The notes beneath the pieces are model-generated. The model did not search any database and was not told the origin of the DNA. It saw only the letters and a program-made list of their open reading frames with translations. Of a stretch of DNA of 64,000 nucleotides, positions 49,535 to 60,598 are shown piece after piece (within the stretch, counting starts at the first letter, position 1; the number at the start of each line of letters is the position of its first letter). Both the position numbers and the translations under genes were made by a program. Source of the DNA: Escherichia coli (GTDB lineage Bacteria > Pseudomonadota > Gammaproteobacteria > Enterobacterales > Enterobacteriaceae); NCBI RefSeq assembly GCF_016026235.1, contig NZ_CP065613.1; one strand, written 5' to 3'.

Positions 49535-51118
49535 ATGGAATGGATTGCCGATCCGTCTATCTGGGCCGGGTTAATCACGCTGATTGTGATCGAACTGGTC
49601 CTCGGCATTGATAACCTGGTCTTTATTGCCATCCTCGCCGAAAAACTACCGCCGAAGCAGCGCGACCGCGCACGGGTTACCGGGCTGCTGCTGGCGATGT
49701 TAATGCGCCTGTTACTGCTGGCGTCAATCTCCTGGCTGGTCACCCTGACTCAACCGCTGTTCAGCTTCCGCTCGTTTACCTTTAGCGCCCGCGACTTAAT
49801 CATGCTGTTTGGTGGTTTCTTCCTGTTGTTCAAAGCCACGATGGAGCTGAACGAACGGCTGGAAGGGAAAGACAGCAATAATCCCACACAACGCAAAGGT
49901 GCGAAGTTCTGGGGCGTGGTGACGCAAATTGTGGTACTGGACGCCATCTTCTCACTCGACTCAGTGATTACCGCCGTCGGGATGGTCGACCATTTACTGG
50001 TCATGATGGCCGCCGTGGTTATCGCTATCAGCCTGATGTTGATGGCCAGCAAGCCGTTAACGCAATTTGTTAACAGTCACCCGACGATCGTTATTCTCTG
50101 CTTAAGCTTCCTGTTGATGATTGGCTTTAGCCTGGTGGCAGAAGGTTTCGGCTTCGTCATTCCGAAAGGCTACCTGTACGCTGCCATTGGTTTCTCGGTG
50201 ATGATCGAGGCGCTCAATCAGTTGGCTATCTTTAACCGGCGACGTTTTCTTTCCGCTAACCAGACGCTGCGCCAGCGGACTACCGAAGCGGTAATGCGCC
50301 TGCTTAGCGGGCAAAAAGAAGATGCGGAACTGGACGCCGAAACCGCGTCCATGCTGGTGGATCATGGTAACCAGCAGATCTTTAATCCGCAGGAACGGCG
50401 GATGATTGAGCGGGTACTTAATCTTAACCAGCGTACCGTCAGCAGCATTATGACGTCGCGCCACGATATTGAGCATATCGATCTCAACGCGCCGGAAGAA
50501 GAAATCCGCCAGTTGCTGGAGCGAAATCAGCATACGCGGCTGGTGGTTACCGACGGTGATGACGCAGAAGATTTGCTCGGTGTTGTTCACGTTATCGACC
50601 TGCTACAACAGTCTCTGCGCGGCGAACCGCTCAACCTGCGGGTGTTGATTCGCCAGCCGCTGGTGTTCCCGGAAACCTTGCCGTTGTTACCTGCCCTGGA
50701 GCAGTTCCGTAATGCCCGCACGCACTTTGCTTTTGTGGTGGATGAGTTTGGCTCGGTGGAAGGGATTGTGACATTAAGTGACGTCACTGAAACCATTGCC
50801 GGTAACTTACCGAACGAAGTGGAAGAGATCGACGCCCGCCATGATATTCAGAAGAATGCGGACGGTTCCTGGACGGCGAATGGTCATATGCCGCTGGAAG
50901 ATCTGGTGCAATATGTGCCGCTGCCGCTGGATGAAAAACGTGAATATCACACCATTGCCGGGCTGTTGATGGAATATTTACAGCGTATTCCAAAACCTGG
51001 CGAAGAAGTTCAGGTGGGGGATTATTTGCTTAAAACGTTGCAGGTGGAAAGCCATCGCGTGCAGAAGGTGCAGATTATTCCGCTGCATAAGGATGGCGAG
51101 TTGGAGTACGAGGTGTGA
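49535..51118 (+). CDS. yegH: TerC-family membrane protein with CBS and CorC/HlyC domains
   Basis: ORF 49496-51118; start placed at [13 protein letters not shown]; membrane N-terminus, CBS pair and transporter-associated C-terminus. Confidence 0.88.
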   Translation: MEWIADPSIWAGLITLIVIELVLGIDNLVFIAILAEKLPPKQRDRARVTGLLLAMLMRLLLLASISWLVTLTQPLFSFRSFTFSARDLIMLFGGFFLLFKATMELNERLEGKDSNNPTQRKGAKFWGVVTQIVVLDAIFSLDSVITAVGMVDHLLVMMAAVVIAISLMLMASKPLTQFVNSHPTIVILCLSFLLMIGFSLVAEGFGFVIPKGYLYAAIGFSVMIEALNQLAIFNRRRFLSANQTLRQRTTEAVMRLLSGQKEDAELDAETASMLVDHGNQQIFNPQERRMIERVLNLNQRTVSSIMTSRHDIEHIDLNAPEEEIRQLLERNQHTRLVVTDGDDAEDLLGVVHVIDLLQQSLRGEPLNLRVLIRQPLVFPETLPLLPALEQFRNARTHFAFVVDEFGSVEGIVTLSDVTETIAGNLPNEVEEIDARHDIQKNADGSWTANGHMPLEDLVQYVPLPLDEKREYHTIAGLLMEYLQRIPKPGEEVQVGDYLLKTLQVESHRVQKVQIIPLHKDGELEYEV

Positions 51119-51324
51119 TGGTATCGGTCATTTTACCCGATAGCCGAAAGGAATAAGATGAGGGAACCGCGCCAGCGGCGATTTACCGCCGGGAGCCCGG
51201 GTTGCCAGGGTGGTGGCGATTGAGCCACCCTGGCACGTTCACCGGCTTGAGCGTTCCATAGTAGTGAGGAACATCAAGTGAACGGAACAGCCTTCGATCT
51301 TACATATTCAGAATATAATGGTGC

Positions 51325-51385
51325 CGCCGCGAACGCCTGATGCGACGCTTTACGCGTCTTATCAGGCCTACAGGACAGGTCACCT
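51325..51385. repeat. REP element between yegH and asmA
   Basis: gcctgatgcgacgctttacgcgtcttatcaggcctac palindromic unit. Confidence 0.6.
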
Positions 51386-51391
51386 GGTAAC

Positions 51392-53245
51392 CTACATCTT
51401 CTCCAGCAACTTCTTCACATCCTTGCCATTGCGGGAATCTTTATTCCGCTCGGCCCAGTCATTCAGGCGACGTTTCGCTTCGTCCTGTAGATGTTTGCGC
51501 AGTAACTGATCCACTTGCAGACTGTAATTGAGTTGCTGCCAGTTGCCATAAACCCGCAGCGGTACTGGCGTTTCTTTGAGGAAATCAATCAGTTTGCTTT
51601 CCCCGTTCCAGCCACCCACGACCCGAATATCAAACTGGGTGTCGCAGGTTTGATCTGCCAGATTCAACATGCCTTCCCCTGTCAGCGCCAGCACAGGCGA
51701 TTGACCTTGCATGTCGTTTAACGTCACGACGCCATCCTTCAACGTCAAATCGGTGGTAAAGCGGTCAAGCCGCGTCACGTTATCAAAGTTTTCAGCGGCC
51801 TTCACATCACCGCCATTACGCTCTACCGCTTGCTGAATCATCTGCTGGAAGTTCATCCCTTCCATGCGCGTGTCGGTCATTTCGACATGTGCCTGTCCTT
51901 GCCAGTTGTGGCGGAATGCGTCGGCATCTATGTCAGCACCGGAGAAATCACCAGCCAGTGACATTTTTCCGGTCAACGAAATCGGATAGTTAAACGCCTT
52001 CAGAATGGTACCAATCTCAACGTTTTCCAGCCGTGGCTGGAAGTTTATCCGCGGATTTATTGATGTCGCGTCCAGCGTGCCCGGCAGTGAAACCTGTCCA
52101 CCGTTAAGTTTGCCCTGCAGTTGAGTAATTTCCAGCAAACCCGACTTGTTGGTCATTTGCGTGGCAACATCTGTAAAATTCATTCCGCGCCAGCGCACGT
52201 TACTGGCCTGCAACAAAATATCAGCCGTAAAGCCTTGCAGTCCCTGATAGGCCGGTTCATCAATACGCGAAGAAATGACCGGGCGCGGCAACGTTGATTG
52301 GCTCTGCCCCTGCTGCGCGGCACCGTTTTCACCATTCGCGGTTTCATTAAGCGGGATGAGGTTGTCAAGATTCAGTTGCGGGAATTGCAGTCTCAGCTGC
52401 CATTCCGGTTTCTCTGTCAGCGTGACCTGTGCTTGCCCGCTCAGCGTACTGTCATTGGCGGTCAAGCTGATTTGGTTAAATGAAAGGCGTTTATGTGACT
52501 CCTGCCACTGGGCCTGGAAACTCCCCTGCCCCTGAATACCTTGTTTGGGTAAATCGGCACCCTGCAACTGCCAGTTAATTTGTTCAATAGCCGCCGTTAA
52601 ATCATGCGGATAATCAGAAGCATCTACCGTACCGTTAAGGGATATTGTGAGATCGCGCTGATCGCGATTAACCCGCCCGGAGAACTCAAATGAGCCACGA
52701 TGTTGGGGATCTTGTTCCATTTGCAGGCGGATATTGCGGATTGTCACCTGCTCGTCATCTTCATGCTGGAACACCAGCACGCTGTCCGCCACCTTAAGAC
52801 TGGATATATCAAACGACCATCCGCGATCGTCTGACAGATCCGGCAAGGTATTGTCGCGCGGTGCAACCGGAGCGTCTTCACTGCGCACCGCTTCCGTCTG
52901 CGGCGTCAGTTGGATCACTGCCCCTTTTAGCATCACCTGCTTAACGCTCAGTTGATGACTCAGTAGTGGTAAAAGCGCCACGTCCAGACGCATGTTGTCG
53001 GCGCGAACCAGTGGCTGGCTTGCGCCCTGGGCGGTGAGAGACATTCGCCCAGAGAGGATACTAAGCTGCGGCCAGACGTGCCAACGCAGTGGCCCGTCGA
53101 GCTGCAATTGATAACCGCTACGTGCAGCAACTTGCTTGACCATATAGTCGCGGAAATCATTCGGATTCACCAGCAACACTAACGCAGATAACCCGGCCAC
53201 CAGCACGACCAGGAGTATCATCAGCGTCGTCAGAAATCGTCTCAT
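51392..53245 (-). CDS. asmA: AsmA outer-membrane assembly protein
   Basis: 617 aa; N-terminal TM anchor then long periplasmic domain; position. Confidence 0.92.
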   Translation of the reverse strand: MRRFLTTLMILLVVLVAGLSALVLLVNPNDFRDYMVKQVAARSGYQLQLDGPLRWHVWPQLSILSGRMSLTAQGASQPLVRADNMRLDVALLPLLSHQLSVKQVMLKGAVIQLTPQTEAVRSEDAPVAPRDNTLPDLSDDRGWSFDISSLKVADSVLVFQHEDDEQVTIRNIRLQMEQDPQHRGSFEFSGRVNRDQRDLTISLNGTVDASDYPHDLTAAIEQINWQLQGADLPKQGIQGQGSFQAQWQESHKRLSFNQISLTANDSTLSGQAQVTLTEKPEWQLRLQFPQLNLDNLIPLNETANGENGAAQQGQSQSTLPRPVISSRIDEPAYQGLQGFTADILLQASNVRWRGMNFTDVATQMTNKSGLLEITQLQGKLNGGQVSLPGTLDATSINPRINFQPRLENVEIGTILKAFNYPISLTGKMSLAGDFSGADIDADAFRHNWQGQAHVEMTDTRMEGMNFQQMIQQAVERNGGDVKAAENFDNVTRLDRFTTDLTLKDGVVTLNDMQGQSPVLALTGEGMLNLADQTCDTQFDIRVVGGWNGESKLIDFLKETPVPLRVYGNWQQLNYSLQVDQLLRKHLQDEAKRRLNDWAERNKDSRNGKDVKKLLEKM

Positions 53246-53266
53246 GGTATCCTCAATGGGCCTGAA

Positions 53267-53848
53267 TTAGTCTTTATCGATTCGGCTGGCTACCGCGCCC
53301 TGCTGGTTGCGATATTTCGCATCTTCACGGCGGTTGTAAGGTCGCGCCGCCGGGCCGGAAAGCGGCTCAAAGCTCAGCGCACCAATTAACATGCCCGGAC
53401 GCAGCGCCAGCGGCAGCTTACCGGAGTTGTAGAACTCCAGCACAATGCAACCAGACCAGCCCGGATCGATACGGTGCGCGGTGACGTGCACCATCAGCCC
53501 CAGACGCGCCAAAGAGGAACGCCCGTCCAACCAGCCCACCAGATCGGCTGGCAGCGTCACCGACTCCAGCGTCACCGCCAGCGCCAGCTCTCCTGGGTGA
53601 AGATAGAACGCCTCGCCCTCGTCGAGAACGATCTCATCGCTCATCACGCGGTCAAGCGCGGCGCTCACTTCATCTTTGGGACCGCTCAGATCGATAAACG
53701 CTGCCGTGTGACCACGGAAGGTACGAAATTTATTGCCCAAGCGTACATCCACCGTCGCGCCGTTAATACGCTCCACTGGCGGACGTGGGTTGATCGACAA
53801 ACGGCCTTCATCAAGCCAGGCTTCAATATCTCGGTCACACAGACGCAT
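53267..53848 (-). CDS. dcd: dCTP deaminase
   Basis: 193 aa; [17 protein letters not shown] start. Confidence 0.95.
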
Positions 53849-53939
53849 GGCATTTTCTCCTTTCGCGCATCACTCCCTTAACGCCAATTACGTCAAGGGC
53901 ATACCAGGTTATCACTGAACGGTACACAATTTATCAAGC

Positions 53940-54581
53940 TTATTCAAAGAACTGACTTATTTTCGCTTTCAATATATCGATCGCGATGCGGTTTTTCCCG
54001 CCGCGCGGCACGATAATGTCCGCATATTGTTTAGAAGGCTCAATGAATTGCAGGAACATCGGGCGCACGGTTTTTTGATATTGCGCCATCACGGAATCCA
54101 TTGAACGCCCACGCTCGTTAACGTCACGCTTGATGCGGCGCATCAGGCAGATATCCAGCGGGGTATCAACGAAAATGGAGAAGTTAAGTTCGTCACGCAA
54201 ACGCGCATCCGTCAGCAACAAAATGCCTTCGAGAATGATGACCTTCTTCGGCTCAACCGTCACCGTTTCTTTCATACGCGTATGTTCAACATAGCTGTAA
54301 ACCGGCAGGTCAATTGCCGAGCCACGTTTCAACGCTTGTAAATGCTCAAGCAACAGGCTGTGATCCATCGCGCTGGGATGGTCGTAGTTGGTCTTAACGC
54401 GTTCTTCCATCGACAGATGGCTTTGATCTTTGTAATAGCAGTCTTCGGGAATTACGCCGATGTGTTCATCACCGACTTGCTCACGTAATTCACGATAAAG
54501 GGTACTGGCAATAAGACTCTTGCCGGAAGCCGATGCGCCAGCGATACCGATAATGACGCACTGATGAGACTGATCAGTCAT
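53940..54581 (-). CDS. udk: Uridine/cytidine kinase
   Basis: ORF 53940-54644; start placed at [22 protein letters not shown] (P-loop). Confidence 0.93.
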
Positions 54582-54898
54582 ATATTTAGCGACCTGATTA
54601 ACCTGGATGTTAGGAAGGGGGCGACGAAGCGCCAAACGCGGCAATTATAGGGATTTCATCCGTCTGATACCAGTCGAATAGCGTTGCCGCGCGCTCAGAG
54701 TTAATTGTTGACAAAGAATTCCCGGTGGCAAATTACGTTGATCAGTTTTATGTAAGGTAAAAAATGTTATACGCAGTTGCGCAAATTATCCGCCTTTACG
54801 TCACTTTATGAGCAATTCGCATATAAAATGTAAAACTTTTGTACTAGCATAAACACAGAAACGAATACTGGCGACCTGGTCTTGCGGATAAAGCGGTA

Positions 54899-57800
54899 AT
54901 GAGCAAACAATCACAGCATGTATTAATTGCCCTGCCCCACCCGCTGCTTCACCTGGTCAGTTTAGGTTTAGTCTCGTTTATCTTTACCCTTTTCTCGCTT
55001 GAGCTTTCGCAGTTTGGCACCCAACTCGCCCCACTGTGGTTCCCGACGTCCATCATGATGGTGGCGTTTTATCGCCATGCCGGGCGCATGTGGCCGGGAA
55101 TTGCGCTGAGCTGTTCGCTGGGAAATATCGCCGCATCCATCCTGCTTTTTTCCACCAGCTCGCTGAACATGACCTGGACGACCATCAATATTGTTGAAGC
55201 CGTGGTCGGGGCAGTGCTGCTACGTAAATTGCTGCCGTGGTATAACCCCTTGCAAAATCTGGCTGACTGGCTGCGTCTGGCACTCGGCAGCGCCATTGTT
55301 CCGCCTCTGTTGGGGGGTGTTCTGGTTGTCCTGCTGACGCCCAGAGACGATCCTCTCAGGGCATTTTTGATATGGGTACTGTCAGAATCCATCGGCGCTC
55401 TGGCACTGGTGCCGCTGGGATTGTTATTTAAACCACACTATCTGCTGCGCCATCGCAACCCACGGTTGCTTTTTGAGTCGCTGCTCACGTTAGCCATCAC
55501 ACTGACGTTAAGCTGGCTTTCGATGCTGTATCTGCCGTGGCCTTTTACTTTCATTATTGTGCTGTTGATGTGGAGCGCCGTGCGCCTGCCACGAATGGAA
55601 GCCTTTTTGATCTTCCTTACCACGGTGATGATGGTGTCGCTGATGATGGCCGCGGATCCCTCCCTGCTTGCTACGCCGCGTACGTACCTGATGAGCCATA
55701 TGCCGTGGCTACCGTTTTTGCTGATCCTGCTGCCCGCCAATATCATGACGATGGTGATGTATGCCTTTCGTACTGAACGAAAGCATATTTCCGAAAGCGA
55801 AACCCGTTTTCGGAACGCCATGGAGTATTCCGCCATCGGCATGGCTCTTGTGGGAACGGAAGGACAATGGCTGCAAGCCAATAAAGCCTTATGTCAGTTT
55901 CTCGGTTACAGTCAGGAAGAGCTGCGCGGACTCACCTTTCAGCAACTGACCTGGCCGGAGGATCTCAATAAAGATCTCCAACAGGTTGAAAAGCTGATAA
56001 GCGGTGAAATAAACACCTATTCAATGGAAAAACGCTACTACAACCGTAATGGCGATGTTGTCTGGGCGTTGCTTGCCGTCTCACTGGTGCGCCACACGGA
56101 TGGCACGCCGCTCTATTTTATCGCTCAGATTGAAGACATTAACGAGCTAAAACGCACCGAACAGGTGAATCAGCAACTGATGGAACGCATCACGCTGGCT
56201 AACGAAGCGGGCGGGATTGGCATCTGGGAGTGGGAGTTGAAGCCGAATATTTTTAGCTGGGATAAGCGGATGTTCGAGCTGTATGAAATTCCTCCACATA
56301 TCAAACCGAACTGGCAGGTGTGGTACGAGTGCGTGCTGCCGGAAGATCGCCAGCATGCCGAAAAAGTGATTCGTGATTCGTTGCAATCACGCTCGCCCTT
56401 TAAACTGGAATTTCGCATTACCGTAAAAGACGGTATTCGCCATATCCGCGCCCTCGCCAACCGGGTACTGAATAAAGAAGGCGAAGTCGAACGCCTGCTC
56501 GGCATTAATATGGATATGACTGAGGTTAAACAGCTTAACGAGGCATTGTTTCAGGAAAAAGAGCGCCTGCACATTACGCTGGACTCCATCGGCGAAGCCG
56601 TGGTCTGTATTGATATGGCAATGAAAATTACCTTTATGAATCCAGTGGCGGAGAAGATGAGAGGCTGGACGCAGGAAGAAGCATTAGGTGTTCCGCTCCT
56701 GACGGTGTTGCATATTACCTTTGGCGACAATGGTCCCCTGATGGAGAACATTTACAGTGCCGACACCTCACGTTCCGCGATTGAACAAGATGTGGTGTTG
56801 CACTGCCGGAGCGGCGGCAGCTACGACGTGCATTACAGTATTACGCCGTTAAGTACTCTGGACGGCAGCAATATTGGTTCGGTTCTGGTGATTCAGGACG
56901 TTACCGAATCACGCAAAATGCTGCGCCAGCTGAGCTACAGCGCCTCCCATGATGCACTGACGCATCTCGCCAATCGCGCCAGTTTTGAGAAACAACTGCG
57001 TATCCTGCTGCAAACGGTAAACAGTACACATCAGCGACATGCCCTGGTGTTTATCGATCTTGATCGCTTTAAAGCGGTGAATGACAGCGCCGGGCATGCG
57101 GCGGGTGACGCTTTGCTGCGCGAACTGGCGTCGTTAATGCTGAGTATGCTGCGTTCCAGCGACGTGCTGGCGCGACTCGGTGGGGATGAATTTGGTCTGC
57201 TGCTACCAGACTGTAATGTTGAAAGCGCGCGTTTTATCGCTACACGCATTATCAGTGCCGTGAATGACTATCACTTTATCTGGGAAGGACGTGTACATCG
57301 GGTAGGTGCCAGTGCCGGGATTACCTTGATTGATGACAACAATCATCAGGCGGCTGAAGTGATGTCGCAGGCTGATATCGCCTGTTATGCCTCCAAAAAT
57401 GGTGGCCGGGGCCGGGTGACGATTTACGAACCGCAGCAAGCTGCCGCACATAGCGAGCGGGCAGCGATGTCGCTTGATGAACAGTGGCGGATGATTAAAG
57501 AGAATCAGTTGATGATGATCGCCCACGGTGTCGCTTCGCCACGGATCCCGGAAGCACGTAATTTGTGGCTGATTTCACTTAAGCTCTGGAATTGCGAAGG
57601 CGAGATTATTGATGAACAAACATTTCGTCGTAGCTTCAGCGATCCGGCACTTAGCCATGCTCTTGACCGACGGGTATTCCACGATTTTTTCCAGCAGGCC
57701 GCCAAAGCGGTTGCCAGTAAAGGCATAAGCATCGCCCTCCCTCTTTCCGTTGCCGGTTTGAGTAGCGCCACGCTGGTGAATGATCTGCTTGAGCAGCTGG

Positions 57801-58216
57801 AAAATAGCCCTCTACCACCACGGTTATTACATCTGATTATTCCGGCTGAAGCGATTTTAGATCACGCAGTAAGCGTGCAAAAACTGCGGCTGGCGGGATG
57901 TCGGATAGTGCTCAGCCAGGTGGGCCGCGATCTGCAAATCTTCAACTCGCTGAAAGCGAATATGGCAGATTACCTGCTACTTGATGGTGAGTTATGCGCC
58001 AACGTGCAGGGTAATTTGATGGATGAGATGCTGATTACGATTATTCAGGGGCACGCTCAGCGACTCGGGATGAAAACCATCGCCGGGCCAGTCGTTTTAC
58101 CCTTAGTGATGGATACGCTTTCTGGCATCGGCGTCGATCTGATTTATGGTGATGTGATTGCCGATGCCCAACCGCTGGATTTGCTGGTGAATAGCAGTTA
58201 TTTCGCGATTAACTGA
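54899..58216 (+). CDS. dgcE: Multidomain c-di-GMP protein (membrane MASE1-like N-terminus, PAS domains, GGDEF, degenerate EAL)
   Basis: 1105 aa; polytopic N-terminus, PAS-like repeats, GGDEF motif RLGGDEFGLL; position after udk (yegE). Confidence 0.9.
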   Translation: MSKQSQHVLIALPHPLLHLVSLGLVSFIFTLFSLELSQFGTQLAPLWFPTSIMMVAFYRHAGRMWPGIALSCSLGNIAASILLFSTSSLNMTWTTINIVEAVVGAVLLRKLLPWYNPLQNLADWLRLALGSAIVPPLLGGVLVVLLTPRDDPLRAFLIWVLSESIGALALVPLGLLFKPHYLLRHRNPRLLFESLLTLAITLTLSWLSMLYLPWPFTFIIVLLMWSAVRLPRMEAFLIFLTTVMMVSLMMAADPSLLATPRTYLMSHMPWLPFLLILLPANIMTMVMYAFRTERKHISESETRFRNAMEYSAIGMALVGTEGQWLQANKALCQFLGYSQEELRGLTFQQLTWPEDLNKDLQQVEKLISGEINTYSMEKRYYNRNGDVVWALLAVSLVRHTDGTPLYFIAQIEDINELKRTEQVNQQLMERITLANEAGGIGIWEWELKPNIFSWDKRMFELYEIPPHIKPNWQVWYECVLPEDRQHAEKVIRDSLQSRSPFKLEFRITVKDGIRHIRALANRVLNKEGEVERLLGINMDMTEVKQLNEALFQEKERLHITLDSIGEAVVCIDMAMKITFMNPVAEKMRGWTQEEALGVPLLTVLHITFGDNGPLMENIYSADTSRSAIEQDVVLHCRSGGSYDVHYSITPLSTLDGSNIGSVLVIQDVTESRKMLRQLSYSASHDALTHLANRASFEKQLRILLQTVNSTHQRHALVFIDLDRFKAVNDSAGHAAGDALLRELASLMLSMLRSSDVLARLGGDEFGLLLPDCNVESARFIATRIISAVNDYHFIWEGRVHRVGASAGITLIDDNNHQAAEVMSQADIACYASKNGGRGRVTIYEPQQAAAHSERAAMSLDEQWRMIKENQLMMIAHGVASPRIPEARNLWLISLKLWNCEGEIIDEQTFRRSFSDPALSHALDRRVFHDFFQQAAKAVASKGISIALPLSVAGLSSATLVNDLLEQLENSPLPPRLLHLIIPAEAILDHAVSVQKLRLAGCRIVLSQVGRDLQIFNSLKANMADYLLLDGELCANVQGNLMDEMLITIIQGHAQRLGMKTIAGPVVLPLVMDTLSGIGVDLIYGDVIADAQPLDLLVNSSYFAIN

Positions 58217-58229
58217 GGGAGCGTTTGCC

Positions 58230-58258
58230 CATTGCCTGATGCGACATATCAGGCCTAC
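58230..58258. repeat. REP element between dgcE and alkA
   Basis: gcctgatgcgacatatcaggcctac palindrome overlapping the alkA stop. Confidence 0.55.
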
Positions 58259-59112
58259 AATTCGTCCGTTCCGTCTGGTTGCCAGCCTTCCGTATACCAG
58301 ATATGCAACAGCGCATAAGAACGCCAGGGCTTCCAGCGCTCGGCATAACGGCGGATTTGTGCCGGTGTCATCCCCGGAAATCGCTGTTTAATCAGATAAT
58401 CATCCGGCAGAAAAACATCTTTCGCCTGCCAGCCACGCAAAGCGAAATAATTCGCCGTCCAGCGCCCAATACCCGGAAAAGTTTGCAGCGTTTTCATCGC
58501 CTGCTCCACATCGCCCGGAATTGTCATTGGTAAGCTGCCCTCCAGCGCCGCATTTGCCAGATGAATCAGTGCCTCTGCCCGTTTCAACGGCATGCCTAAC
58601 GCTTTTAATGCCTGCGGGTCGGCTGCTGCCAGCCGCTGAGGCGTGGGGAAGCAGATATACTCCGGAAAATCATCCAGCCGTTCGCCATAAAGCTGTACAA
58701 CTTTGGCAGTCAATTTTGCCGCCATCGCCACGCTCACCAGTTGGCCTAAAATCGCCCGCACACCCTGCTCAAAAGCATCAATACAGCCGGGTAAACGCAA
58801 TCCGGGCCGCGCCGCGCCTAACTTGCCCAACGCACCGTTAACAATCTGCGGGTTACATTGCAGATCAAACAGGCGGCTCATTTTCGCCAGACACTCAGCG
58901 GCAACGGGTTCTAAACCTGCACTTAAATTTATGTGCAGAGTATGGCGGGCTATATCCGGAATAGCAGTCACCACGCCGCGATATTCGCCCACCGCCAGAC
59001 TACGGGCATAATAATCCTCAGCGACCGTTTCCACACCACTCACTGCACGGGCGGCGAGAAATCCCAACATCCACGACCAGTCATACGGCGGCTGCCAGTT
59101 CAGGGTATACAT
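58255..59112 (-). CDS. alkA: 3-methyladenine DNA glycosylase II
   Basis: 285 aa; MYTLNWQPPYDWSWMLGFLAARAV start; HhH glycosylase. Confidence 0.93.
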   Translation of the reverse strand: MYTLNWQPPYDWSWMLGFLAARAVSGVETVAEDYYARSLAVGEYRGVVTAIPDIARHTLHINLSAGLEPVAAECLAKMSRLFDLQCNPQIVNGALGKLGAARPGLRLPGCIDAFEQGVRAILGQLVSVAMAAKLTAKVVQLYGERLDDFPEYICFPTPQRLAAADPQALKALGMPLKRAEALIHLANAALEGSLPMTIPGDVEQAMKTLQTFPGIGRWTANYFALRGWQAKDVFLPDDYLIKQRFPGMTPAQIRRYAERWKPWRSYALLHIWYTEGWQPDGTDEL

Positions 59113-59245
59113 CGCATCTCCTTATTCATCCGCTTTCAGCATAAACGTTATTCAGACGCTACGCTTTGCTTTCATATTCCGGTTGTCGCGACGGCAACAT
59201 TTCGCTAAAGTCACGCCCCTTCTTCACCGGCATGGGGATTAATTC

Positions 59246-60586
59246 GTGTTTATTGGTTTTGATTACGGTACAGCAAACTGTTCAGTGGCGGTCATGCGTG
59301 ACGGTAAACCGCAATTACTGAAAATGGAAAACGACAGCACGCTGCTGCCTTCAATGCTTTGCGCGCCAACGCGTGAAGCAGTAAGTGAATGGCTGTACCG
59401 CCATCATGATGTTCCGGCAGACGACGATGAAACGCAGGCGCTGTTACGTCGGGCGATTCGTTATAACCGCGAAGAAGATATCGATGTTACGGCGAAAAGC
59501 GTGCAGTTCGGTCTTTCCTCACTGGCACAGTACATTGATGATCCAGAAGAAGTGTGGCTTGTGAAATCACCAAAATCGTTCCTCGGTGCCAGCGGCTTAA
59601 AACCGCAGCAGGTAGCGCTGTTTGAGGATCTGGTCTGCGCAATGATGTTGCACATTCGCCAGCAGGCGCAGGCGCAGCTGCCAGAAGCGATTACTCAGGC
59701 GGTGATTGGTCGCCCGATCAACTTCCAGGGGCTGGGCGGCGATGAAGCAAACGCCCAGGCGCAAGGGATTCTGGAACGCGCGGCGAAGCGTGCCGGATTC
59801 AGGGACGTGGTATTCCAGTACGAGCCGGTCGCGGCTGGGCTGGATTACGAGGAAGAAAAACGGGTGCTGGTGGTGGATATCGGCGGTGGTACGACTGACT
59901 GTTCATTGCTGCTGATGGGACCGCAGTGGCGTTCGCGTCTCGATCGTGAAGCCAGCCTGCTGGGTCACAGTGGTTGTCGTATTGGCGGTAACGATCTGGA
60001 TATCGCCCTGGCGTTTAAAAACCTGATGCCACTGCTGGGTATGGGTGGCGAAACCGAAAAAGGCATCGCCCTGCCGATCCTGCCGTGGTGGAATGCGGTT
60101 GCCATCAACGACGTACCTGCGCAGAGTGATTTCTACAGTAGTACCAACGGTCGTCTGCTTAACGATCTGGTACGCGATGCCCGCGAACCGGAAAAAGTGG
60201 CCCTGTTACAGAAAGTCTGGCGTCAGCGTTTAAGCTATCGCCTAGTGCGTAGCGCAGAAGAGTGCAAAATTGCTCTTTCAAGCGTAGCGGAAACCCGCGC
60301 CTCACTGCCGTTTATCAGCAATGAACTGGCTACGCTGATTAGCCAGCGAGGGCTGGAAAGCGCCCTCAGCCAGCCACTGGCGCGGATTCTGGAACAGGTG
60401 CAACTGGCCCTGGATAACGCCCAGGAAAAACCGGACGTTATCTACCTGACCGGCGGTAGCGCCCGTTCTCCGCTGATTAAAAAAGCGCTGGCAGAACAGT
60501 TGCCGGGCATTCCGATTGCAGGCGGCGATGACTTTGGCTCCGTCACCGCCGGGCTGGCACGCTGGGCGGAAGTGGTGTTTCGTTAA
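59246..60586 (+). CDS. yegD: Hsp70-family (actin-like ATPase) protein
   Basis: 446 aa; FIGFDYGTANCSVAV and DIGGGTTDCSLL Hsp70 phosphate-binding motifs. True start may lie slightly upstream at a non-ATG codon. Confidence 0.88.
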   Translation: MFIGFDYGTANCSVAVMRDGKPQLLKMENDSTLLPSMLCAPTREAVSEWLYRHHDVPADDDETQALLRRAIRYNREEDIDVTAKSVQFGLSSLAQYIDDPEEVWLVKSPKSFLGASGLKPQQVALFEDLVCAMMLHIRQQAQAQLPEAITQAVIGRPINFQGLGGDEANAQAQGILERAAKRAGFRDVVFQYEPVAAGLDYEEEKRVLVVDIGGGTTDCSLLLMGPQWRSRLDREASLLGHSGCRIGGNDLDIALAFKNLMPLLGMGGETEKGIALPILPWWNAVAINDVPAQSDFYSSTNGRLLNDLVRDAREPEKVALLQKVWRQRLSYRLVRSAEECKIALSSVAETRASLPFISNELATLISQRGLESALSQPLARILEQVQLALDNAQEKPDVIYLTGGSARSPLIKKALAEQLPGIPIAGGDDFGSVTAGLARWAEVVFR

Positions 60587-60598
60587 TTGAAAAATGGC